DNA of 64,000 nucleotides from a phage: the sequence record OZ335959.1. One strand, written 5' to 3'. Made by a program: the position numbers and the translations under genes. Below, in pieces: positions 44,411 to 56,800 of this stretch. How positions within the stretch are numbered: the first letter of the stretch is position 1; each line of letters begins with the position of its first letter. Under the pieces are notes generated by a model. The model was not told the DNA's origin. It made no database searches and worked only from the letters and a program-made list of their open reading frames with translations.

Positions 44411-46675
44411 TCATAATTTACAGGATGAACAATCTTCAGCTTTTGGAGTTTCTATTTCATAATCATCAGTACCAGAACCGTCACGGGTATTATGATAATA
44501 GAAATTTTTTCCGCCAAAATACCAAAAATACAAAAGGTCATCAATCATTATTGACATTGGAACCTTTCCTTTTGGAAAAATCTGTGGGTCATAATATGTA
44601 TTCGCTGAAGCTGATTGACACACCCATTTAAGCATAATAGCTACCTGCGTAAGATAAGGTTTATTACCTTTCTTAGCTAATTTCCACGTATAATCATATA
44701 GGTCTATGTTATGCTCAATATTGGGCACGACTTGATTAAAGGAACCCTCTTTTGATTCTTTAACAGAGACTGGTCCACGTGGAGGCTCGATACCGTTTGT
44801 ACTGTTAGAAACTTGGGAAGATGACTCACATGGCATAAGCGCTGATAATGTGCTATTACGGATGCCAAAGAGCTTAAGGTCTTCCCGCAGCGACGACCAG
44901 TCACAAACGTATTTTGGAGCTGCGATTTGGTCAATCTTTTTATTGTACCAGTCAATAGGTAATTCGCCTCGAGACCAACGAGTGTCTGAATAATATTCGC
45001 AAGGTCCTTTTTCTTTGGCGAGCTTAATGGATGCTTTAATGAGTCCATACTGTAATCTCTCGAATAGTTCATGTGTTAAATCGTTAGCATCTTCATAAGA
45101 AGCAAAATTACTTGCCAGCCAAGCTGCATAGTTAGTAACACCTACGCCAAGGTTTCGACGCTTTTTAGCTTTTTCTGCTTCAGGAACCGGATATCCTTGG
45201 TAGTCCAAAAGATTATCAAGAGCACGAACTTGGACTTCTGCCAATTCATTAATTTTATCTTGGTCTTGCCAATCAAAGTTATCTAACACAAATGCAGATA
45301 ACGTGCACAATCCAATTTCAGCATCAGGGCTATTCACATCATTTGTTGGAATAGCAATTTCACAACACAAGTTACTCTGACGAATAGGTGTCTTTTCACG
45401 AATAAATGGCGTATAGTTATTCGTATTATCAATGAACTGTACATAAATCCTTGCTGTTCCTGAGCGTTCAGTCATGAGCAATTCAAACAGTTCACGGGCT
45501 TTAATACGCTTTTTACGAATATTAGGGTCTTTTTCTGCAGCTTCGTATAATTCACGGAAACGGTCTTGGTCTTTAAAATAAGAATAGTAAAGTTCGCCGC
45601 CCATTTCATGCGGACTGAACAAAGTAATGTAATCATTCTTTCCAAATCGTTCCATCATCAAATCATTCAGCTGGACGCCATAATCCATATGACGGATACG
45701 GTTTTCTTCTACACCTTTGTTATTTTTCAAAACGAGAAGATTTTCAACTTCCAAATGCCAAATAGGATAATAAGCAGTAGCAGCGCCGCCACGAATTCCA
45801 CCCTGTGAGCATGATTTAACAGCAGTCTGAAAATGTTTCCAAAAAGGAATAACACCAGTATGGCGTACTTCGCCTGTGCCAATCTTAGAACCTTCGGCAC
45901 GAATCATACCAACGTTAATACCAATTCCAGCACGTTTGGAGATATATTCAACAATTGAAGCGGAAGCCTTATTGATAGACTTTAATGAATCACCTGCTTC
46001 AATAACAACGCATGAACTAAACTGTCGAGTCGGAGTACGGCAACCAGCCATAATAGGAGTTGGTAATGAAATCTGTCGAGTAGATACTGCTTCATAAAAA
46101 CGAATAACATGTTTTAATCTATCAACAGGTTCATCTTGATGTAATGCCATTCCAATAGTCATAAATGCAAACTGTGGAGTTTCATAAATTTGACCAGTGG
46201 TTTTATCTTTAACTAGATATTTTTCTTTTAATTGCATCGCCCCGGAATAAGTAAATTCCATATCCCGTTCGTGCTTAATTTTTGATTCTAAAAATGTAAT
46301 TTCTTCTGCTGAATATTTTGACAACAATTCAGGGTCGTATTTACCTTCATTTACACAGTAAGAAATATGGTCAATAAATGAACGTGGTTCATACTGCCCG
46401 TAAACATGCTTACGAAGAGCGAACATTAAGCAGCGTGCAGCTACATATTGATAATCAGGCTCTTCAACTGAAATAGAATTCGCAGCAGCCTTAATTACAA
46501 TGGTTTGAATGTCATCAGTTGTCATTCCATCACGGAGATATGATTTAATATTTTCATATAATTCATAAGGATCTACAGATGTTCCTTCAGCTGCCCAAGA
46601 TAAAACTTTAATAATTTTTTGCGGATCAAAGCTCTGAGAAACACCACTACTTTTGATAACATTAATTAATTGCAT
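44411..46675 (-). CDS. nrdA: Ribonucleotide reductase large subunit, 754 aa
   Basis: N-terminal ATP-cone; length matches T4 NrdA. Confidence 0.95.
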   Translation of the reverse strand: MQLINVIKSSGVSQSFDPQKIIKVLSWAAEGTSVDPYELYENIKSYLRDGMTTDDIQTIVIKAAANSISVEEPDYQYVAARCLMFALRKHVYGQYEPRSFIDHISYCVNEGKYDPELLSKYSAEEITFLESKIKHERDMEFTYSGAMQLKEKYLVKDKTTGQIYETPQFAFMTIGMALHQDEPVDRLKHVIRFYEAVSTRQISLPTPIMAGCRTPTRQFSSCVVIEAGDSLKSINKASASIVEYISKRAGIGINVGMIRAEGSKIGTGEVRHTGVIPFWKHFQTAVKSCSQGGIRGGAATAYYPIWHLEVENLLVLKNNKGVEENRIRHMDYGVQLNDLMMERFGKNDYITLFSPHEMGGELYYSYFKDQDRFRELYEAAEKDPNIRKKRIKARELFELLMTERSGTARIYVQFIDNTNNYTPFIREKTPIRQSNLCCEIAIPTNDVNSPDAEIGLCTLSAFVLDNFDWQDQDKINELAEVQVRALDNLLDYQGYPVPEAEKAKKRRNLGVGVTNYAAWLASNFASYEDANDLTHELFERLQYGLIKASIKLAKEKGPCEYYSDTRWSRGELPIDWYNKKIDQIAAPKYVCDWSSLREDLKLFGIRNSTLSALMPCESSSQVSNSTNGIEPPRGPVSVKESKEGSFNQVVPNIEHNIDLYDYTWKLAKKGNKPYLTQVAIMLKWVCQSASANTYYDPQIFPKGKVPMSIMIDDLLYFWYFGGKNFYYHNTRDGSGTDDYEIETPKAEDCSSCKL

Positions 46676-46992
46676 AAGTCCTCAACTTGAAAATCGTCTT
46701 TAAACAATCGGTTAACTATATGAGCTATTATATCACCATGACACGGCTTTGGTTTACATGTGCATCCTAGCCTCATTCCACGTAAAGGCTCTAAATGTGC
46801 TTTAGTTATTTCTCCGGATTTAATTCGACGTATAAAATCTTTTTTGAATAATTCAATGGCAGCCTCCCGGCTGCCAGCATCTTTACCGACGTAATTTCCC
46901 CAAAATGTACCACGGTGAATATTAACATCAAAGTCGGATTTATATTTATTCACTACCTGGCATAGACGGCCCGCGCGGTGATAATTCGTCAT
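46666..46992 (-). CDS. DUF4326-like small protein (nrdA.1 position), 108 aa
   Basis: GTFWGN...CTCKP..CHGD pattern. Confidence 0.5.
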   Translation of the reverse strand: MTNYHRAGRLCQVVNKYKSDFDVNIHRGTFWGNYVGKDAGSREAAIELFKKDFIRRIKSGEITKAHLEPLRGMRLGCTCKPKPCHGDIIAHIVNRLFKDDFQVEDLCN

Positions 46993-47209
46993 ATTGTTTT
47001 TCCGTTAAAACAGTAATATCATAATAACAGTCAGAAGAAGTTTTAACTGTGGAAATTTTATTATCAAAATACTCACGGGTCATTTTATGAGTATAATATT
47101 TTTTGCCATAAATGATAATAGGCTGATTTGGTCCTGGAACTTCTAACTCACTCGGATTAGGAAGTGTAAAAAGAACTACGCCAGAAGTATCTTTAAATCG
47201 TAAAATCAT
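46946..47209 (-). CDS. Hypothetical protein (nrdA.2 position), about 87 aa
   Basis: ATG four codons inside the TTG track start. Confidence 0.45.
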   Translation of the reverse strand: MILRFKDTSGVVLFTLPNPSELEVPGPNQPIIIYGKKYYTHKMTREYFDNKISTVKTSSDCYYDITVLTEKQYDELSPRGPSMPGSE

Positions 47210-47232
47210 ATATCCTCGCAATTAAATTAAAA

Positions 47233-48092
47233 TTATACCGCCATCTTTCCTTTAATTGGCGGGTGAGATTCGTAACCTTTAAGAACGAAATCTTTAGGTC
47301 TAAGTTTAAGAACATATTTTAATTGTTCTTTAGTAGAAAGATATCGAAATTTATAAGGTAGACCACTTATTACCAGCTCACAAAGCTCTTTAGGTTCACG
47401 ACGCAAAATTTCTTTACATTGTTCTACGTGATTCATATAGATATGAGTATTACCACCAGAAAATATCAAATCTCCCGGAATAAGATTACACATCTTAGCT
47501 ACAATATGAACTAATGCAGCATATGATGCAATATTAAATGGAAGACCGAGGAAAACATCTACCGAACGTTGATACCACTGCAAATCCAAATAGCCATTAC
47601 GCACATTAAACTGATAGAACATATGACAAGGTGGTAATGCCATATATTTAAGTTCAGCTGGATTCCATGCAGAAACAATTTGACGCCTATCATTTGGTAG
47701 TTTTTTAATACGATCAACAACTTCTATAATTTGGTCTACACCACCAAAATCGCGCCATTGTTTTCCATAAATTGGACCAAGTTCACCACTATGGTATCCT
47801 AAATCTTTTGCTTGATTTTCGTAATTTTCATCCCAGACTGTTTTGCCTTGAATTAATGAATCATGTTGAATTAATCGCAAATCATTGACATTTGTGCTTC
47901 CCGATAAAAACCATATTAGTTCAGCAATGCAAGCTTTCCAGGCGAGCTTCTTAGTCGTTACTGCAGGAAAACCTTTAGTTAAATCCCAGCGTAATTTAGT
48001 ACCGAACAAAGCAATTGTTCCTGTGCCTGTTCGGTCATCGGTTTCGTAGCCATTTTCTAGGATATCTTTAATTAAAAATTGGTATTGTTTCA

Positions 48093-48093
<1 letters not shown>
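47233..48093 (-). CDS. td: Thymidylate synthase, uninterrupted, 286 aa
   Basis: Starts MKQYQ as in T4 TS; continuous reading frame, no intron. Confidence 0.95.
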
Positions 48094-49125
<1,032 letters not shown>

Positions 49126-49133
49126 TTTATCTC

Positions 49134-49469
49134 CTAATATAAAGGATCGAGAACATATCCACTAGCTTTAATCATTTTAATTAATGTTAACATTCCTTTA
49201 TTAACTGCTAGTGAAATTTCATCAAAAACTTCATCACTAAAAAGTTCTAACACGCCCTTCTGAACTTTTAGTTTACAGCCAACAATTTCGTCATCGCCTA
49301 TAGTAAATTCGTTTCCGCCAATTCCACCGAAAAACTTAATTACGCCAGTTAACTGTCTTCCACGAGAATATGGGTCGTGCGATAAAGTAATATGAGTCAC
49401 CCCAGGTACAGTTTTAAATTGACAGCGAATGTTTACTTGAGAAATTCCAGTTACATGAATGTCAGACAT
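49134..49469 (-). CDS. Hypothetical protein (frd.2 position), 111 aa
   Basis: ATG start. Confidence 0.5.
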   Translation of the reverse strand: MSDIHVTGISQVNIRCQFKTVPGVTHITLSHDPYSRGRQLTGVIKFFGGIGGNEFTIGDDEIVGCKLKVQKGVLELFSDEVFDEISLAVNKGMLTLIKMIKASGYVLDPLY

Positions 49470-49479
49470 AATATTTTCC

Positions 49480-49722
49480 TCAAACAGACTTTTTCACAGT
49501 TTTCCAATCAGCTTTAAACTGATCAACATCAGAATGGTAAATCCAGAATCCTGCGCTTTCTCCATCTTCATAAAGAGGACATCCATCACATTCATCTTCC
49601 CATCCCATATCACGCAAAAGATGTTCAGCTTTTTCAACAAGTTCAGAATCTTTACCGATGATATTAAAATACCATTTACCTCTAACTTCTGAATCTTTAA
49701 TACTCTGACGTTGTAATCTCAT
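49480..49722 (-). CDS. Hypothetical protein with CxxC pair (frd.3 position), 80 aa
   Basis: ATG start; DECDGCP; early promoter upstream. Confidence 0.5.
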   Translation of the reverse strand: MRLQRQSIKDSEVRGKWYFNIIGKDSELVEKAEHLLRDMGWEDECDGCPLYEDGESAGFWIYHSDVDQFKADWKTVKKSV

Positions 49723-49740
49723 TTTATTCTCCTTAGTTGA

Positions 49741-49777
49741 TAGGGTAATAGTATCACACTACTACCCTACTGTAAAC
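49741..49777 (-). promoter_or_regulatory. Early promoter with inverted repeat TAGGGTA/TACCCTA around the -10
   Basis: GTTTAC at 49772-49777, TACTAT at 49748-49753. Confidence 0.5.
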
Positions 49778-50142
49778 TACTTTTTGAAAGTTTTTCGCAA
49801 AAGTTCAATGATTTCGTCGACGTTATTTTCGTCTACAATGCAGTGAATTTTTGTTACGCCAGAAACCTTGTCTTCGATTTCATCTTCTTCAGAAGTCGGT
49901 TCTTTATATTCACGGAAACAATGAAATTCATCTTCGCAAACGTTAAAGTAAAAATGCTTTCCATTTGCGCATTCAATGTATTTTATTACTCTAAATCCAT
50001 CGGCAAAGAAAGCTTCTTTAACTTCAAACCATCCGCCATTTTCTTGAATAATTTTAACTATTGATGAATTAGAACGTGGGCGATAATTAATAAATGTATT
50101 AATAAGTCTTGGAACAAGCTCATACTTTTTGCCGATATACAT
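49777..50142 (-). CDS. Hypothetical Cys/His-containing protein, 121 aa
   Basis: ATG start. Confidence 0.5.
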   Translation of the reverse strand: MYIGKKYELVPRLINTFINYRPRSNSSIVKIIQENGGWFEVKEAFFADGFRVIKYIECANGKHFYFNVCEDEFHCFREYKEPTSEEDEIEDKVSGVTKIHCIVDENNVDEIIELLRKTFKK

Positions 50143-50185
50143 TGTGTTTCCTCATTTTAATAGGGGCTATAAAGCCCCTTGATAA

Positions 50186-50416
50186 TTATTGTTCAATCAG
50201 TCCCATGTAAAATTCTGCGTCTTCAGAATCCATACCATCACAATATTCATTAGCCATAAAGCGGGTGAGGTCTTCAAGAGGACCTTCAATGACAATAGAA
50301 AAATTGCAATAATTGGGATCATCGTGAATACTTGTGATACTAAGCTCAGGATAACGATTACGAATAATTTCTTCAATATATTCAAAATCAACGATGTCAA
50401 TATCAACTTTAGCCAT
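50186..50416 (-). CDS. Hypothetical acidic protein, about 76 aa
   Basis: Internal ATG with AAGAGGAAA RBS preferred over the track start. Confidence 0.45.
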   Translation of the reverse strand: MAKVDIDIVDFEYIEEIIRNRYPELSITSIHDDPNYCNFSIVIEGPLEDLTRFMANEYCDGMDSEDAEFYMGLIEQ

Positions 50417-50459
50417 ATTATTTTCCTCTTTAATCATCAGCAGTATTGCCGATAGTTGT

Positions 50460-50489
50460 ATAGTACCACAGTCCTTGTTGTATGTAAAC
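50460..50489 (-). promoter_or_regulatory. Early promoter (GTTTAC, 18 nt, TACTAT)
   Basis: Minus-strand motif upstream of the 76-aa ORF. Confidence 0.45.
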
Positions 50490-50509
50490 CGTTTTGTGAA
50501 AAAATTTTT

Positions 50510-50539
50510 GAAATAAAAAAGGGGACCTCTAGGGTCCCC
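50510..50539 (-). terminator. Terminator after gene 32
   Basis: GGGGACCC-UAGA-GGUCCCC followed by UUUUUUAUUU on the minus strand. Confidence 0.65.
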
Positions 50540-50561
50540 AATTAATTAGTAATATAATCTA

Positions 50562-51470
50562 TTAAAGGTCATTCAAAAGGTCATCCAGGTCCGTGTCATC
50601 AGCACTAGATGAACTGCCAGAGCTTGAGCTCATAAAATCATCTTCAGTTTTTGTATTGAAGTCATCAACATTGAATGCATCCAAATCATCAGCAACTTTA
50701 TCAGCTTTCTTAGCGGCAGTCGCTGCGGCACCACCCATAGCAGCAGTTCCCATAACTTGACTAAACTTAGCGCTCAGTTCTTCAAACGATTTGAATTTAT
50801 CTTTAGAAGTCATTTCAGAAAGGTCAACCATTTGTTCGAACAGTTCTTTCTGGAAAGATTCATCATCAATGTTTGGAATCGCAGATTGATTCAGGAATTT
50901 AGATTCGTCGTAGTTACTAAAACCAGAAACTTGTTTAACTTTCAGTACAAAGTTAGCACCTTCCCACGGACAAGTTACATCAACCGGAGTTTCACCCATT
51001 TCAACATCAACTGCAATCATTGCATTGATTTTATCCCAGATTTTCTTGCCGAAACGGTATTTAAATACTTTACCTTCATTTTCTGGAGCAGCTGGGTCTT
51101 TTACTACAAGAATGTTAGCCCAGTAAGAAGTTTTACGTTTAACAAGACCGTACTCTTTATTGTCAGTATTGTACAAATCATTTTTACTGATGTACTGACA
51201 TACTGGACAAGAATCGTAATCACCGTGGGTAGATGAACAGTTTTCAATATACCATTTACCATTTTTCTTGAAACCGTGATTTACAAGAATTGCGAATGGT
51301 GCTTGTTCATCATTTTTAGACGGAAGAAAACGAATTACTGCTTGACCGTTACCCGCATTGTCGAGTTTCAGTTTCCACTCGCCTTTATCTTCAGAAGAAA
51401 AACCACCTTTATTTCCAGCCAGTTTAGCCATTTGTGCAGCGAGTTCAGCAGTAGATTTACGTTTAAACAT
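50562..51470 (-). CDS. 32: Single-stranded DNA-binding protein, 302 aa
   Basis: Sequence matches recalled T4 gp32, including the Ser/Asp-rich C-terminus. Confidence 0.95.
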   Translation of the reverse strand: MFKRKSTAELAAQMAKLAGNKGGFSSEDKGEWKLKLDNAGNGQAVIRFLPSKNDEQAPFAILVNHGFKKNGKWYIENCSSTHGDYDSCPVCQYISKNDLYNTDNKEYGLVKRKTSYWANILVVKDPAAPENEGKVFKYRFGKKIWDKINAMIAVDVEMGETPVDVTCPWEGANFVLKVKQVSGFSNYDESKFLNQSAIPNIDDESFQKELFEQMVDLSEMTSKDKFKSFEELSAKFSQVMGTAAMGGAAATAAKKADKVADDLDAFNVDDFNTKTEDDFMSSSSGSSSSADDTDLDDLLNDL

Positions 51471-51540
51471 TTTTATTTCCTTTTTAATTTAATTAACAGT
51501 TGGTGCTATGACGATGTATGACCTCATAGCTGGTCAGTGA
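51471..51540 (-). promoter_or_regulatory. Gene 32 5' leader: autoregulatory translational operator (pseudoknot plus A/U-rich site)
   Basis: Minus-strand GCUAUGAGGUCAUACAUCGUCAUAGC... followed by UUAAUUAAAUUAAAAAGGAAAUAAAAAUG. Confidence 0.7.
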
Positions 51541-51569
51541 GATAATTATAATCTATTTATAATAAGCAA

Positions 51570-52223
51570 TTAATACTTGCAAGATTTCACAGTTTCAATG
51601 AAAACACTTTTAGCTTTCTGCGAATCAATATTTAAAATTTTTCTATAAGCCTTTAACTTTATAGAATAATTATTCCAGACTAAATTATCAGTCTGTTCAT
51701 CATGTTTATCGATTATATTTAAAAACGAATCAAGCAAGATAAACGTCTCAAACGAAATTATATTCGATTGAAGTAGTTTAAAAATATAACTTGATTGAAC
51801 TTTTGGATTATACTCAAAGATTTCTTTAAAAGCAGAAACTTCAACTTTTTTACTAAAATAATAAATGTTGCGAATATCTTCTTCAAACTTAAATTTAATT
51901 TGCTTTAAGCGTCCGATATATTCACGATAAAACACAAGTGCATCAGCGTCAGAGATGTCACCAATCCAAGCATCTTGGTTAGCAACCAAATTACTTATAA
52001 AAATTAAAGCAAGTTCCTTTAATTTATATTTTTCTGATAACTTCTGGAAAAAATACTTATCCCTTCGCTTTTGATAAGCGGCATCAGACACCCGCATGCA
52101 CCAATTATACTTAATTACATCATACTTTCCATTCATATGTTGTTTTATCATTAAGTATAATTTATAAACTGATTTACCATCGATGTATCTTTCACCACCA
52201 GCAGGCATGCGGAGTTTAATCAT
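51570..52223 (-). CDS. 59: Helicase loader, 217 aa
   Basis: Sequence and length match T4 gp59. Confidence 0.92.
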   Translation of the reverse strand: MIKLRMPAGGERYIDGKSVYKLYLMIKQHMNGKYDVIKYNWCMRVSDAAYQKRRDKYFFQKLSEKYKLKELALIFISNLVANQDAWIGDISDADALVFYREYIGRLKQIKFKFEEDIRNIYYFSKKVEVSAFKEIFEYNPKVQSSYIFKLLQSNIISFETFILLDSFLNIIDKHDEQTDNLVWNNYSIKLKAYRKILNIDSQKAKSVFIETVKSCKY

Positions 52224-52558
52224 AGTAGAAAATCTAATGTATTAGTTTTTTCACAACGAACAACAGAAGGACGTAAAAGATTTTCGTCAATAGCTTCTGA
52301 CTGAATTTTTTCAATTATACCCGAAGGAATAAATTTAGCAAATTGAGTTTCAGGAATAGAATTTTCTTCTAAGAATGCTGTTGTAGCTTCAAGATAACTC
52401 ATTCCAAACTCTTCTACCATTTTTTCAATAATAAATCCATTTTCTTGGCGGTCAAGAAGCTTTGCTATTTCATCCTTTTCTTTCTTAATTGAAAGTTCTT
52501 TTTCTGAAAGACCGGTCTCATCGACCGGACGAATATCATTTAGAGAAAACTGTGTCAT
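52220..52558 (-). CDS. 33: Late-transcription accessory protein, 112 aa
   Basis: ATG at the 4th track codon gives the T4 length; synteny. Confidence 0.85.
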   Translation of the reverse strand: MTQFSLNDIRPVDETGLSEKELSIKKEKDEIAKLLDRQENGFIIEKMVEEFGMSYLEATTAFLEENSIPETQFAKFIPSGIIEKIQSEAIDENLLRPSVVRCEKTNTLDFLL

Positions 52559-52805
52559 AAAGTTCAACTACCTCTTCAGTTTCAGCTTCAAACACATCAC
52601 GGTTATCTTTATGATACAAAGCTAACAGACGATTAAACATCTTGCCATCAACACCAAGTTCATCTTTGGCACGAATTCGAATATCTTTAATCAATTCATT
52701 ATAACCAGAAATTTTCAGTTTATGATCAGATGCTTCTTTAATAAATTTAGCCAAGTCTTCGCCATGGATAGCTTCATCAAATTCAACCATTTCTTTTTTA
52801 GCCAT
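52536..52805 (-). CDS. dsbA: dsDNA-binding protein, 89 aa
   Basis: Length and position as T4 DsbA. Confidence 0.85.
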   Translation of the reverse strand: MAKKEMVEFDEAIHGEDLAKFIKEASDHKLKISGYNELIKDIRIRAKDELGVDGKMFNRLLALYHKDNRDVFEAETEEVVELYDTVFSK

Positions 52806-52813
52806 TATTCACC

Positions 52814-53731
52814 TCAAAATTCATTAATGCTATTAGTTAATTTAGAAAGACCCGCTTTTACAAAATATGAATAAATTTTGCCACGCGGTGGTAATTTATA
52901 TGAATTATAATAATTCACAATGTTTGAAGCAATATTATCAGGAATATAATCAAAATCAATTAGAACTAAATTTTCTTTATAACGATTATATTCAGATTCT
53001 GTGAGAAGCACCTTAGCTTGATCACGGTCATTAGCAATAGCTTCGACAATAGATGTTTTCATTGAAGGAGTTCGTTCACCTTCAACTCTGGTAAACCAAA
53101 AGTCAGATCGTACTTTAACTGAAGCAACGTTATCCTTTTTGTCACCTTTAAGGATTTTAGTCATACAGTCAATTTCAGCAGAACCGCTTTTAATTTTAAC
53201 CCATTTCTTGTGCATCGGTGACCATTGCTTAACATTTGGGTATTTATGAAGTTGAGTAAAGTCACCATCCGATGAAATGATTAAAATCTTATGTCCTTCT
53301 AAAGAGAACTTTTTAACAAGAACAGCAATATGGTCATCTGCTTCATACTTATCAATATCCATAACGATGTATGGCATATAAGCTTTCAGTTCATCTATAA
53401 CTTTATGACTGGATTCAAAATAACCTTCCCAGTCCCAAGTAGATTCTTCTCGTGCTTTTCCACGGTTTTTCTTATAATAATAAGCAAAATCACGACGCCA
53501 GTATCCAGATTTCGCGTTATCAATACACAATACAATTTTAGTGTATCCAAGAGTTTTTGCTTTTTTAACATTGAACTTAATTGAGTTCAATATCAAATGA
53601 CGAACCATTGATAAATTAATTTTTTCTTTATCTGGGAAGTTTACCAGAGCAGTTGAAAGCGCAATCTGACTAAAGTCAATTAAGCAAATTCCTTCTTTGT
53701 AATCTTCATCCAGCATCATTTCTAAATCCAT
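52814..53731 (-). CDS. rnh: RNase H (5'-3' exonuclease), 305 aa
   Basis: Starts MDLEMMLDEDYKEG as in T4 RNase H; the track start is 5 codons upstream. Confidence 0.93.
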   Translation of the reverse strand: MDLEMMLDEDYKEGICLIDFSQIALSTALVNFPDKEKINLSMVRHLILNSIKFNVKKAKTLGYTKIVLCIDNAKSGYWRRDFAYYYKKNRGKAREESTWDWEGYFESSHKVIDELKAYMPYIVMDIDKYEADDHIAVLVKKFSLEGHKILIISSDGDFTQLHKYPNVKQWSPMHKKWVKIKSGSAEIDCMTKILKGDKKDNVASVKVRSDFWFTRVEGERTPSMKTSIVEAIANDRDQAKVLLTESEYNRYKENLVLIDFDYIPDNIASNIVNYYNSYKLPPRGKIYSYFVKAGLSKLTNSINEF

Positions 53732-53752
53732 ATGAACCTCGTTCAATTAGTG

Positions 53753-53790
53753 AGATTTCTATTATATACTATCCAAATCTTAAAGTAAAC
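53753..53790 (-). promoter_or_regulatory. Early promoter for rnh with inverted repeat AGATTT/AAATCT around the -10
   Basis: GTTTAC at 53785-53790, TATAAT at 53761-53766. Confidence 0.45.
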
Positions 53791-53793
53791 AAG

Positions 53794-53801
53794 TATAAAT
53801 A
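53794..53801 (+). promoter_or_regulatory. T4-type late promoter upstream of gene 34
   Basis: Exact TATAAATA. Confidence 0.55.
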
Positions 53802-53835
53802 CTTATTATTGAAAACACAATAGGAGCCCGGGAGA

Positions 53836-56800
53836 ATGGCCGAGATTAAAAGAAAGTTCAGAGCAGAAGATGGTCTGGACGCAGGTGGCGATAAAATAAT
53901 CAACGTAGCTTTAGCTGATCGTGCCGTAGGAACTGACGGTGTTAACGTTGATTACCTAATTCAAGAAAACACAGTTCAACAATATGATCCAACTCGTGGA
54001 TATTTAAAAGATTTTGTAATCATTTATGATAACCGCTTTTGGGCTGCTATAATTGATATTCCAAAACCGGCAGGAGCTTTTAATAGCGTGCGCTGGAGAG
54101 CATTACGTACTGATGCAAACTGGACAACTGTTTCGTCAGGACCTTATCAATTAAAGTCAGGTGAATCAATTTCAGTTAATACTGCAGCAGGAAATGATAT
54201 CACATTTACTTTGCCAACTTCTCCAATTGATGGAGATACTATCGTTCTTCAAGATATTGGTGGAAAACCCGGAGTTAACCAAGTTTTAATTACAGCTCCA
54301 GTGCAAAGCATTGTAAATTTTAGAGGTCAGCAAGTACGATCAGTATTAATGACCCATCCAAAATCACAGATAGTTTTAATTTTTAGTAATCGTCTGTGGC
54401 AAATGTATGTTGCTGATTATAGCAGAGAAGCGGTAGTTGTGACGCCAGCAAGTCTCTATCAGGCACAGTCAAATGATTTTATCGTGCGCAGATTTACTTC
54501 TGCTGCTACAATTAATATTAAACTTCCGAGATTTGCTAATCATGGAGATATTATTAATTTTGTTGATTTAGATAAATTAAATCCGCTTTATCATACAATT
54601 GTCACGACATATGATGAAACAACTTCAGTACAAGAAGTTGGAACTCATTCTATTGAAGGTCGTACATCGATTGATGGTTTCTTGATGTATGATGATAATG
54701 AGAAATTATGGAGATTATTTGACGGGGATAGTAAAGCACGTTTACGCGTTATAACAACTAATTCTAATATTCGTCCAAACGAAGAAGTTATGGTATTTGG
54801 TGCGAATAATGGAACAACTCAAACAATTGAACTTCAGCTTCCGACCGATATTTCCATTGGTGATACTGTTAAAATTTCCATGAATTACATGAGAAAAGGA
54901 CAAACAGTTAAAATCAAAGCTGCCGGGGAAGATAAAATTGCTTCTTCAGTTCAATTGTTGCAATTCCCAAAGCGTTCAGAATATCCGCCTGAAGCTGAAT
55001 GGGTGACTGTCCAAGAATTAGTTTTTAACGGTGAAACTAATTATGTTCCAGTTTTACAACTTGCTTATATAGAAGATTCTGACGGAAAATACTGGGTTGT
55101 ACAGCAAAACGTTCCAACAGTTGAAAGAGTCGATTCTTTAAATAATTCTACTAGAGCAAGATTAGGCGTAATTGCTTTAGCTACACAAGCTCAAGCTAAC
55201 GTCGATTTAGAAAATTCTCCACAAAAAGAATTAGCAATTACTCCAGAAACATTAGCTAACCGTACTGCTACAGAAACTCGTAGAGGTATCGCAAGAATAG
55301 CAACTACCGCTCAAGTGAATCAGGACACTACATTCTCTTTTGCTGACGATATTATCATCACTCCTAAAAAGCTGAATGAAAGAACTGCTACAGAAACTCG
55401 TAGAGGTGTTGCTGAAATTGCTACGCAACAAGAAACTAATACAGGTACTGATGATACTACAATCATCACTCCTAAAAAGCTTCAAGCTCGACAAGGTTCT
55501 GAATCATTATCGGGTATTGTAACCTTTGTATCTACCGCAGGAGCTACTCCAGCCTCTAGTCGTGAATTAAATGGTACAAACGTTTACAATAAAAACACTA
55601 ATAATTTAGTTGTTTCGCCTAAAGCTCTAGATCAGTATAAAGCTACTCCAACACAGCAAGGCGCAGTAATTTTAGCAGTTGAAAGTGAAGTAATTGCTGG
55701 ACAGAGTCAAGAAGGATGGGCAAATGCGGTTGTAACGCCAGAAACGTTACATAAAAAGACATCAACTGATGGAAGAATCGGTTTAATTGAAATTGCTACG
55801 CAAAGCGAAGTTAATACAGGAACTGATTATACTCGTGCAGTCACTCCTAAAACTTTAAATGACCGTAAAGCAACTGAAAGTTTAAGTGGTATAGCTGAAA
55901 TTGCTACACAAGTTGAATTCGACGCAGGCGTCGACGATACTCGTATCTCTACACCATTAAAAATTAAAACTAGATTTAATAGTACTGATCGTACTTCTGT
56001 TGTTGCTCTATCTGGATTAGTTGAATCAGGAACTCTCTGGGACCATTATACCCTTAATATTCTTGAAGCAAATGAGACACAGCGTGGTACACTTCGTGTG
56101 GCTACACAAGTTGAAGCTGCTGCAGGGACATTAGATAATGTTCTAATAACTCCTAAAAAGCTTTTAGGTACTAAATCTACTGAAGCGCAAGAAGGCGTTA
56201 TTAAAGTTTCAACTCAAGTTGAAACTGTAGCTGGAACGTCAGCAAATACTGCTGTATCTCCAAAAAATTTAAAATGGATTGTACAGAGTGAACCTACTTG
56301 GGCAGCAACTACTTTGGTAAGAGGTTTTGTTAAAACTTCATCTGGTTCAATTACATTCGTCGGTAATGATACTGTTGGTTCAACACAGTCATTAGAATTA
56401 TACGAGAAAAATAGCTATGCAGTATCTCCATATGAATTAAACCGTGTATTAGCAAATTATTTGCCATTAAAGGCAAAAGCTGCTGACACGAATTTATTGG
56501 ATGGTCTAGATTCATCCCAGTTCATTCGTAGGGATATTGCGCAGACGGTTAATGGTTCACTAACCTTAACTCAACAAACGAATCTGAGTGCCCCTCTTGT
56601 ATCATCTAGTACTGCTACGTTTGGTGGATCAGTTTCGGCAAATAGTACACTAACTATTTCTAATACTGGAACAGCAACTCAATTGATTTTTGAGAAAGGA
56701 CCTCAATCTGGAACGAACCCAGCGCAGACGATGACTGTCAAAGTGTGGGGAAATCAATTTAGTGGGGAATCAGATACAACACGTTCTACTGTATTTGAAG

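Noticed and set aside
55252-55494. 80-aa antisense ORF within gene 34 (similar: 58984-59256, 60172-60360, 61999-62211)
   Set aside because: Inside tail fibre genes on the opposite strand; no support.
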